From positions 1 through 32,000 of the forward strand of contig NZ_JAHDSX010000024.1 of assembly GCF_020969955.1 (NCBI RefSeq): a stretch of 32,000 bases of DNA. The letters run 5' to 3'. Of the stretch, positions 19,603 to 26,749 are shown piece by piece; position 1 is the stretch's first letter; each line of letters starts with the position of its first letter. This DNA is from Allobaculum fili (lineage in GTDB: Bacteria; Bacillota_I; Bacilli_A; Erysipelotrichales; Erysipelotrichaceae). The position numbers and the translations under genes are program-made. The notes beneath the pieces are model-generated. The model searched no databases and was not told where the DNA came from. It saw only the letters and a list, made by a program, of their open reading frames with translations.

Positions 19603-19633
19603 GGAAAAAGGCTGCCCTTTTACAGACAGCCTT
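19603..19633 (-). terminator. Intrinsic terminator downstream of the XRE gene
   Basis: Minus strand reads AAGGCTG-12 nt-CAGCCTT followed by TTTCC. Confidence 0.5.
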
Positions 19634-19679
19634 AAATAGTGGTTTTGGGATACGGTGCAGCAGCTGAAAAGCGAAGCCT

Positions 19680-20051
19680 TCAGTCCATCTCTTCAACCGG
19701 TTCTTCAGGCAGACAGAGAACCGGGCCTTCCCCGTTTTGTAATGCTGCGTCCTCAATAGGAATGAAAGAAATCCGCAGTTCCATCCCCAGGCCGTCGGCC
19801 AGCCGCTTGAGCAGCTTCAGGGAAGGGTTGCGATGTCCCCGCTCGAGCTTGGAGATATCGCCCTGGTCAATACCGGTGCGGCGGGCTAGCTCGCTCTGCG
19901 TGATCTGCAGTCTTTCCCGGGTATCCAGAATGGCATGAACGATTGCGTATTCAGGACTGCCTTCTTCGAGGTCAATCGGTGTTTCCCGCTTTGAAATAAC
20001 CATAATCAGATCGGCTTCTCCAAAAGGTCCGTCATGAACCGGACCTGTCAT
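19680..20051 (-). CDS. XRE-family helix-turn-helix protein (antitoxin-like or transcriptional regulator)
   Basis: LQITQSELARRTGIDQGDISKLERGHRNPSLKLLKRLADGLGMELRISFIP is a classic Cro/C1 HTH. The start is uncertain: ATG at 20051, 20003 or 20153, none with a strong SD. Confidence 0.75.
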   Translation of the reverse strand: MTGPVHDGPFGEADLIMVISKRETPIDLEEGSPEYAIVHAILDTRERLQITQSELARRTGIDQGDISKLERGHRNPSLKLLKRLADGLGMELRISFIPIEDAALQNGEGPVLCLPEEPVEEMD

Positions 20052-20169
20052 TTTCTTCACGTGCCGGCGAAAGCAGCAGCCGGACAAAAACCGTACGAAA
20101 GAAAACAGCCCCTGCTGGATTTCAAAATCCAGGCTGCCTGCTTCATGATGCATTTCAGGAGCTTTGCAC

Positions 20170-20376
20170 TCAGAATTCCGGTTTGCGAAGAAGCTTTTCC
20201 TTTCTGAACTCGCCGGATCGATTCACGTTCTTAAAGCCCATGGAACGTCTTTGAACAATCTTAATCCGGCCGGGGTGGGAATAATGAGGCGGAAAGTACC
20301 CATTCAGCATTTTTTCTGTCGATAAATTAAGATTTTTGTATACCTTTATCATCTTTACAGGGTAATAGAATTGCAC
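20170..20376 (-). CDS. Small basic hypothetical ORF (60-68 aa) upstream of the XRE gene; coding status doubtful
   Basis: The ORF is open and AT-rich with a Lys/Arg-rich product. There is no convincing SD before either the GTG at 20376 or the ATG at 20352. I recognise no family. Confidence 0.25.
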   Translation of the reverse strand: MQFYYPVKMIKVYKNLNLSTEKMLNGYFPPHYSHPGRIKIVQRRSMGFKNVNRSGEFRKEKLLRKPEF

Positions 20377-20886
20377 GAAATTGTGCTGAACGTGTCTTTA
20401 AATTTAGTTTGTATCTTTATGAGACAATTTACAATATTTTTTTATTCGTCTTCCACAATTTTATTCAAATCGGATCCGGATTATGTTGAAATCCGATTCA
20501 AATGGGTTCGAATCGTTTTGTGATGATAGACTCATCCATTTGAATGCGCATTCATTTTGAAGTGTTCCTGTACATTATGCCCCCTTCCCGGAATTTCCTC
20601 TACTTATAAAGAAAAGAGGGTTGCTTTTGTTAAGAACAAGTAAGGGAAAAAGCGCTGTGAAAGAATTCCTTTCATTTTCATTAACGATTCCTTATTGCTT
20701 TCTAATATAAAAGTGCTAAATTCCAGCTCCGGTCATTTTTTAAAAATCCGTTTTGTCCGTCTTTTTCCCTGCCCGAATTTCCTTTCCCGTTTCCTTCTGG
20801 AGAAATCCTGTTCGTATTTAAGTACCTTTTCTCGATCTTTGCGTACGATAGTCTTGCCTTATGTTTCATTTAAGGCGTGCAGAAAG

Positions 20887-23019
20887 ATGGAGTTTTTATT
20901 CATGGCCTGGTTTCCTCTGTTTTTTGATCTGGAAAACAAACCCGTTCTCATTCTGGGCGGCGGTCATGCCGCTCTGGAAAAAGCGCAGCGGCTTCTTCCC
21001 TTCCATGCCCGTATTACGGTCTGTTCCCCTTCTTTTCTTGAAGCATTTGCGTCTTTACCCGTGATGCAAATCGAGCAGGAATGGTCGCCCGACTGGTTTT
21101 GTCCGACCGACTATCTGCTGATCATTGCGGCGACCGATCAGCCCGAAATCAATCACGCGATTGCCCTGTGGGCCAAAGAGAAAAACGTTCTTTGCAACTG
21201 CGTGGACGATCCGGACTGGTGCACCGTCACCTTTGGAGCGGTCGTTTCCGGAACGGAGTACGCTATCGGCATTTCCACTTCCGGCGCTTCGCCGACGGCT
21301 GCCCGCTATTTAAAACAGAAAATCCGGGAGATCGTCCCGGAAGACTTTGATTCCATTCTTCTCTGGCTGAAGCAGCTTCGCCCTTATATTCGCGAGACCG
21401 TTCCGTCTTCCCTTCGGCCCGTCGTTTTTCGAAGGCTGTTTGAAGACGCCATACGGAAAGGAAGTGCCCTTTGTGCAAAGGAAGTCGAACGGCTGATTGA
21501 GCACGCAGAACACAGGAGGAACTCTATGAATCGAAAGCCTGAAATTTCTCTGGTCGGGGCCGGATGTGCCGGTATTGAAGGCCTTACACTCGCTGCCCGG
21601 CATGCGATCGAACGCGCGGATGTCATCGTCTATGACCGTCTGATCGATCCGGAAATTCTGGATTTAAACCCCAATGCTGAAAAAATCGAACGCGGCAAGC
21701 GCGGACATGAAAAAAGCTCCAGTCAGCAGGAAATTCATGAACTGCTTCTGGAGCTTTCAAAACGGTATGCGCATATTGTCCGTCTGCAGGGCGGCGATCC
21801 GATGGTCTTTGGCCGCGGCATGGAAGAAATCGAAATTCTTCGACAGCACAATATCGATCTGCAGGTTCTTCCCGGCATTTCGAGTTTTTACGGCATTCCC
21901 GCCAAAGATCTCTTTGGTCTGACCCGGCGAAATGTTGCCGGCGGATTCATGGTTCTGACCGGAACGAGCGAAAACACACCGCGAACAAAGGAAGAATGGA
22001 AAAACATTGCTGAATTTTCCGGAACGATCGTCTTTCTGATGGCGATGAACCGGCTTGATGAAATTTCCCATCATCTGATGGAAGCCGGTATGGATCCGCA
22101 TACGCCCTGCGCCATTTTTTCGTCACGCTCATCCATGATGACCGCCAGCGCTTCCTGCACGCTCGATTCGCTTTCTGCCTGTGCAAAAGAGCATCAGCTG
22201 TTTTCGCCGGCCATCGTAGTCATTTCCGGAACGGCCGCTTTATACGATCCGCCCAGGCATTTGCGCGTCGGGCTTTGCGGATCGGACGCTCTCAATCAGA
22301 AGCTGAAAGATCTTCTCCCCGCTTCTGTGCAGTATCAGCAGCTGCTCAAAGTCCGCTATCACGATCTGCCTTTGCCAGACGATCTGTTTGATTCAGGTCT
22401 GCCGCAGTGGATCGTTTTGACCAGCGCGCACGGCATTCATGTCCTCATGCGCGAATTTCAGCGCCTGCACATCGATCATAGGAAACTGGCCAATACCCGG
22501 TTTGCGCTGATCGGACGCCAGAGCGCCAGAGTTCTCGAATCGTACGGGATTTTCGCCGACCTTGTCGCATCGCCTTCCTCCAGTCAATCCCTTCTTGAAA
22601 CCCTCAAGCCCGAACTCGCTGAGGGAGATCGCGTTTTCCTCGCACAAAGCCGGCAGGCCATTGATGTTCTCTCCAGAGGACTGCAGGAAATTTCTTCGAT
22701 TACTGTGCTAGAACATCCGCTCTATGAAGTGACTTTTGAAAGTTCGAGCATGGATTTTCTCCCGGCAAAAGTAAAAGACGATTCACCGGCCTGGAAAGAG
22801 CTTCTCCAGACGGATGTGCTCGCCGTTTCCAGCCGGGAATGTGCCAAAGCCGTCCTGCGCGATCATCTGCTCGACCGTACAAAATGTATTGTTGCCATTT
22901 CGAAAGAAGTTGCCGATATTCTGGAAAATGAACGCAGTAAGAGAGCGATCGATCTTCGCATTGCCGAAACGCCAGATGCACACGGCATGGCCGAAGCCAT
23001 TGAAACGCTGCTTCCCTGA
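20887..23019 (+). CDS. Trifunctional fusion: precorrin-2 dehydrogenase/sirohydrochlorin ferrochelatase (SirC/CysG-N-like), uroporphyrinogen-III C-methyltransferase (CobA/SirA) and uroporphyrinogen-III synthase (HemD)
   Basis: The N-terminal domain FPLFFDLENKPVLILGGGHAALEKAQRLL is a siroheme synthase Rossmann fold. The middle domain ISLVGAGCAGIEGLTLAARHAIERADVIVYDRL...RLQGGDPMVFGRGMEE...PGISS is a SUMT. The C-terminal roughly 245 aa (WIVLTSAHGIHVL...RFALIGRQSARVLESYG) is HemD-like. The start is taken at the first ATG before the conserved N-terminus. The TTG-initiated extension from 20695 is rejected. Confidence 0.82.
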   Translation: MEFLFMAWFPLFFDLENKPVLILGGGHAALEKAQRLLPFHARITVCSPSFLEAFASLPVMQIEQEWSPDWFCPTDYLLIIAATDQPEINHAIALWAKEKNVLCNCVDDPDWCTVTFGAVVSGTEYAIGISTSGASPTAARYLKQKIREIVPEDFDSILLWLKQLRPYIRETVPSSLRPVVFRRLFEDAIRKGSALCAKEVERLIEHAEHRRNSMNRKPEISLVGAGCAGIEGLTLAARHAIERADVIVYDRLIDPEILDLNPNAEKIERGKRGHEKSSSQQEIHELLLELSKRYAHIVRLQGGDPMVFGRGMEEIEILRQHNIDLQVLPGISSFYGIPAKDLFGLTRRNVAGGFMVLTGTSENTPRTKEEWKNIAEFSGTIVFLMAMNRLDEISHHLMEAGMDPHTPCAIFSSRSSMMTASASCTLDSLSACAKEHQLFSPAIVVISGTAALYDPPRHLRVGLCGSDALNQKLKDLLPASVQYQQLLKVRYHDLPLPDDLFDSGLPQWIVLTSAHGIHVLMREFQRLHIDHRKLANTRFALIGRQSARVLESYGIFADLVASPSSSQSLLETLKPELAEGDRVFLAQSRQAIDVLSRGLQEISSITVLEHPLYEVTFESSSMDFLPAKVKDDSPAWKELLQTDVLAVSSRECAKAVLRDHLLDRTKCIVAISKEVADILENERSKRAIDLRIAETPDAHGMAEAIETLLP

Positions 23020-23075
23020 CCCCATCACGTATGCAAAGACCCAAAATACGAAAACAGGAAACACGAAGACATAAA

Positions 23076-23112
23076 AATGCGAACAGCCAGCTTAAAGCCG
23101 TTCGCATTTTTT
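23076..23112. terminator. Bidirectional terminator between the convergent siroheme synthase and Nudix genes
   Basis: AATGCGAAC-15 nt-GTTCGCATT forms a 9-bp stem, flanked by AAAAA upstream and TTTT downstream. Confidence 0.6.
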
Positions 23113-23174
23113 CGTGCAGTCAGAGATTTCCTCTGCCTGTTTCTTTTGAAATTTTCGTTGGAAGCCAGACCGGA

Positions 23175-23678
23175 TCAGCTTCCGGCTTTGTGTTCGGCTT
23201 TGAGCTGTACCGGCTGCTCTTTGTCATCGTAAAAGAGAATCGGCACATACAGACCGTCTTCGATTCGATACTGAAATTCACCGAGATGATCGTTGTCCAT
23301 CGCTTCCAGCATCAGATCAAAGTCCATGACGAGTCCCTCTGGGAGTTCATCCCTCTTAAACCAGCGGTTTTCGCCTTCTTCGCTGGAAATCAGACTGCCT
23401 TCGAAGTCGTCTGAGCGAAACAGGAAAACGATATAGCGGGAATCGCCATGAGGAAACTGTTTCACGCCGACCAGTTTCACCGTACGCAGGCGCAGCCCGG
23501 TTTCTTCGAGAACTTCCCGCTTGCAGGCGTGGACGAACGATTCGCCGTGTTCGACATGGCCGCCGGGGAAAACCCAGCCGTCCCATTCGCCTTTATTCCG
23601 TTTCTGTAAAAGAATTTCATCATTCCGTGTGAGCAGACAGATCGTCGTCAGCTCGCAAGATTCGAGTTTATGCTTCAT
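23175..23678 (-). CDS. Nudix hydrolase (MutT-like)
   Basis: The Nudix box is complete: GGHVEHGESFVHACKREVLEETGL fits GX5EX7REUXEEXGU. There is an AAGAGGT RBS. Confidence 0.85.
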   Translation of the reverse strand: MKHKLESCELTTICLLTRNDEILLQKRNKGEWDGWVFPGGHVEHGESFVHACKREVLEETGLRLRTVKLVGVKQFPHGDSRYIVFLFRSDDFEGSLISSEEGENRWFKRDELPEGLVMDFDLMLEAMDNDHLGEFQYRIEDGLYVPILFYDDKEQPVQLKAEHKAGS

Positions 23679-23774
23679 CGTTTCGTACCTCTTTTCTCTC
23701 TTTTCAAACCGGTCCTGTATAAACCGTTTGAGCCGTAAAGAAAACGTACACCCATTCCTGAAAATCGAAAAAGT

Positions 23775-24611
23775 TTATTCATCCCGTACCGTAAAGAACG
23801 TTCGATTTTCACGAAGCGGAAACAGTCTGGCTGTTCGGGTAGACGGGTCCCAGTCGTTCAGGCGGATCTCGAAAACTTCCTGTAGAAGATCGCTTTGGGC
23901 AAGTTCGATTGCGCTGCCCTGAAACACTTTCTGATGTCCATCCAGGACGAGAATTTCATCCGCATAGCGTAAAGCGAGATCAAGATCGTGCGCCACGACG
24001 ACGAGAATGCGCGAAGGATCTTTCAGCATGCAGAGCAGATCCATGAGTTCAAAACGCGCGGAAGGATCGAGGTTGGCTCCCGGTTCATCCAGAAACAGAC
24101 AGTGCGGGTTTTGAACGAGCACCTGTGCGATGGCCGCTTTCTGCCGTTCGCCAGCGGACACTTCATCCAGGCGATGCGTCGCCAGCGCGTCAATCGACAA
24201 TGCACGCATCGCATCCTGTGCCCGTTTTGCTGCATCTTCTGACTGCATGCCGGAGAGATCTGTCTTCCCGGCTTTTTTCCAGAAACGCGAAAACCGGCTC
24301 TCTTCTCTGGCGTAATCGCCCAGTTCCACAAAGCGCTGAACGCTCATCTGCACATTGAGCGTATCGTCCGCGATTCGCCCGGTAATTCTCGCCCGTTCCA
24401 TCGCAGAAAGAGGAAGGAGATTTTTCCCGTTGTACAATACGCTGCCGCTTTGCGGTTTCATCCAGCCGCCGAGAATGGAAAGCAGCGTACTTTTGCCGGA
24501 ACCGTTGCGGCCGAGGATGATATACAGCTTTCCTTCTTTAAAATCGGAGGAAAAGTCTTGGATGACGACTTTGTTTCCGTAGCCGGCGCGAATATGTTCA
24601 GCTTTAAGCAT
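23775..24611 (-). CDS. ABC transporter ATP-binding protein, iron-chelate/cobalamin (FecE/BtuD) type
   Basis: Walker A is GRNGSGKST, the signature is VSAGERQKA and Walker B is LFLDEPGANLD. It overlaps the upstream permease gene by 8 nt. Confidence 0.9.
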   Translation of the reverse strand: MLKAEHIRAGYGNKVVIQDFSSDFKEGKLYIILGRNGSGKSTLLSILGGWMKPQSGSVLYNGKNLLPLSAMERARITGRIADDTLNVQMSVQRFVELGDYAREESRFSRFWKKAGKTDLSGMQSEDAAKRAQDAMRALSIDALATHRLDEVSAGERQKAAIAQVLVQNPHCLFLDEPGANLDPSARFELMDLLCMLKDPSRILVVVAHDLDLALRYADEILVLDGHQKVFQGSAIELAQSDLLQEVFEIRLNDWDPSTRTARLFPLRENRTFFTVRDE

Positions 24612-25560
24612 CCAGTTTTCTCCTTTCCAGAAGCAGATAGAGAAAATACGGACCGCCAGCCAGTGAGAGGACCAGTCCGGCCGGCAGCTCCCACGGAAGC
24701 AAAATCCAGCGGCCGATCAGATCCGCCGCGCCGACGAGCAGTGCGCCGACCAGAACGCAAAGAAGCAGAAACGTCTTAAACGGCAGACGATAGCGCGAAA
24801 GCCAGGCAGGGACAATGAGGCCGACAAAGCCAAGCATGCCGCAGAGCGAAACGACCCCGCACGCCAGCAGCGCGCAAAGAAACAGAAAGAAGACACTCCA
24901 TTTTTCCACATTCAGACCGAGCGTCTGTGCCTGCCGGTCGCCAAGCGTAAACATTTCCAGTTCTCTGGAAAAGAGGAACACCAGAACAATTGCCGGCAAA
25001 ATCAAGATGGACGCATACAGATCCTTATTTAAGGAAAGCGAAGCCAGCGATCCGATCTTAAACGAGGCATAGCCGCTCAGCGCATCCGGGACCAGGACGG
25101 TCAGAAGATCGATCCCGGCAGAAAACAGCTGGCTGATCGCCATGCCCGCCAGCAGGATTGTCAGCCGGGACGCTTTTCGCTTTCTGGCCAGATTGGCGAC
25201 GAGAAGGCCGCACGCCAGACCGCCAAAAAAGCCGAACACCGTTCCTGCGCTGAAGGAGAGCGGAAAGAGACTGCTGCCAAGAATGGTAAAAAAGCCGACC
25301 GAGGCGTTGACGCCGATGATGTTGGCCGAGGCCAGCGGATTATGCAAAATGGTCTGGACCAAAGCGCCGGAGAGCGCGAGCGCACTTCCCGCAAGAAGAG
25401 CGCCAAGTACGCGCGGCAGACGCAGATGCAAAACGATCGAGCGCATCGATTCCTGCATCGGATCCAGCCAGCCGGCCGGACCGGCCAGTATGGAAATCAC
25501 AGAAAGCCCAACCAGGAGAATGAGCGCGCCAAGCACCATTTTGCGCGGTTTACTCGCCAT
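24604..25560 (-). CDS. FecCD-family ABC transporter permease
   Basis: RLPRVLGALLAGSALALSGALVQTILHNPLASANIIGVNAS is the FecCD/BtuC hallmark. The protein is multi-TM. The ATG at 25560 overlaps the end of the binding-protein gene. Confidence 0.9.
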   Translation of the reverse strand: MASKPRKMVLGALILLVGLSVISILAGPAGWLDPMQESMRSIVLHLRLPRVLGALLAGSALALSGALVQTILHNPLASANIIGVNASVGFFTILGSSLFPLSFSAGTVFGFFGGLACGLLVANLARKRKASRLTILLAGMAISQLFSAGIDLLTVLVPDALSGYASFKIGSLASLSLNKDLYASILILPAIVLVFLFSRELEMFTLGDRQAQTLGLNVEKWSVFFLFLCALLACGVVSLCGMLGFVGLIVPAWLSRYRLPFKTFLLLCVLVGALLVGAADLIGRWILLPWELPAGLVLSLAGGPYFLYLLLERRKLDA

Positions 25561-26572
25561 AGACGATCGTTTCGAGATTTTCCAGAGCATCCGCCCACTT
25601 CGCGTTTGGCTTCAGGTTGTACAGCTTCTGATCGAGGACATACACTTTTCCGTTTTTAACCGCGTCCAGGTTTTTCCATGCATCGCTCTGAAACAGGGCA
25701 TCGGCGATTTCCTGCGCCTGTTCGTTCGTTTTTCCCTGCGCGACATAAAAAATCTGATCCGGGTTTTCTTTCGCGATGACTTCCATGGACAGCGTGTCCA
25801 GACCGTCTTCGCCAGCAATGTTTTCCGTTTTCAGATCCGCTAACATGGAGCCTAATACTGAGTTGGAAGAGCCAAGCGCCTTGATTCCCTTTCCAGTTTC
25901 GCGAAGAGCCAGAACTTTTGGCGGGTTATTGCGCTCTTTGTTTCGAATGGCTTCGATGCGTTTCTGCTGTTCGAGACCGTTCTTTTCATAGCTGCTTGTA
26001 TCCCCGGTAATACGACAGAACTGTTCCAGGACGCGCAGATAGTCTTCAAAGGAAGACACATCATAGTAAACGACAGGAATGCCGGATTCCTCCAGCAGAT
26101 CCGCCATTTTCTTCTGAGAATCGTTTTTGGCACTGGCGATGACCAGGTCCGGATCGGATGAGAGCAGCGTTTCCTGCGCAATGGATTTCACATCGCCCAG
26201 ATCCTGTACCTTTTCGGAATCGAGATCCAGATCAAAGGACGTCCACGTATCGTGCGCCGCTGCCGCAATCTGATCCTTGCCGCCGGCATCCGCAAAAAGG
26301 TCCGCAAAGCTTCCGATCAGAATGGCTGCGCGCTCCGGCTTTTGAATTTCGACCTCACGGCCAAGATCGTCCTTAAGAACAATCGTCTGCTCATCCGTCT
26401 GGGTGTAAAGCGCCGAAGAGAGCGAGGACGTCTGGGAAGAAACGGAAGCATCCGCGGTTTGCGAAGAGTTCGACGCGCAGCCGCCCAGAAGAGAAGTCAC
26501 GGCGGCGCAAAGCAGAAGGCGCGAGGCTAAGGAAGATTTTAAATTCAGGTTTCGTTTTGTAATTTTGTTCAT
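25550..26572 (-). CDS. ABC transporter substrate-binding lipoprotein, periplasmic-binding-protein (FecB/BtuF/heme-type) fold
   Basis: It has a signal peptide with an LLGGC lipobox, and PDLVIAS and VYVLD-type motifs typical of cluster-A binding proteins. No SD is visible upstream of the ATG. Confidence 0.82.
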   Translation of the reverse strand: MNKITKRNLNLKSSLASRLLLCAAVTSLLGGCASNSSQTADASVSSQTSSLSSALYTQTDEQTIVLKDDLGREVEIQKPERAAILIGSFADLFADAGGKDQIAAAAHDTWTSFDLDLDSEKVQDLGDVKSIAQETLLSSDPDLVIASAKNDSQKKMADLLEESGIPVVYYDVSSFEDYLRVLEQFCRITGDTSSYEKNGLEQQKRIEAIRNKERNNPPKVLALRETGKGIKALGSSNSVLGSMLADLKTENIAGEDGLDTLSMEVIAKENPDQIFYVAQGKTNEQAQEIADALFQSDAWKNLDAVKNGKVYVLDQKLYNLKPNAKWADALENLETIVYGE

Positions 26573-26633
26573 AAGACAGTATTTGAATGGTGTTTTGAAA
26601 ACCGGTGTAAGAAAACCGGTCTGAATCAGGAAA

Positions 26634-26665
26634 ACGCTTCGGGATCAGAATTCTGATGCCGAAGC
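26634..26665 (-). terminator. Intrinsic terminator downstream of the reductase gene
   Basis: Minus strand CGCTTCGGCATCAGA-at-TCTGATCCCGAAGCG forms a 15-bp stem with one mismatch, followed by TTTTCC. A second hairpin, ACCGGT-8 nt-ACCGGT plus TTTTC, follows at 26601-26624. Confidence 0.6.
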
Positions 26666-26749
26666 GTGAGTGAAAATCAAATTGGATATTAAATCAGGTA
26701 ATCGGCAGCGGCTTCTTTTACTCCGTCTGGATTGGCCTTTTCCCAGGCA

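Noticed and set aside
20503-20516. GGGTTCGAATCG, which resembles a tRNA T-loop and could be a tRNA fragment or att remnant.
   Set aside because: The flanking bases cannot form a T-stem or an acceptor stem, and nothing here matches the 3' half of the tRNA-Leu at 28650-28736.
20695-20886. A TTG-initiated 64-codon extension of the siroheme synthase ORF.
   Set aside because: The conserved SirC N-terminus begins right after the ATG at 20887 or 20902. The extension is AT-rich and Phe/Ser/Leu-rich, and is likely 5' UTR.
26573-26633. A possible cobalamin riboswitch in front of the BtuCDF/FecBCD-like importer.
   Set aside because: Only about 60-115 nt are available, and two simple hairpins occupy them. 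That is far too short for a B12 aptamer, and no B12 box is present.
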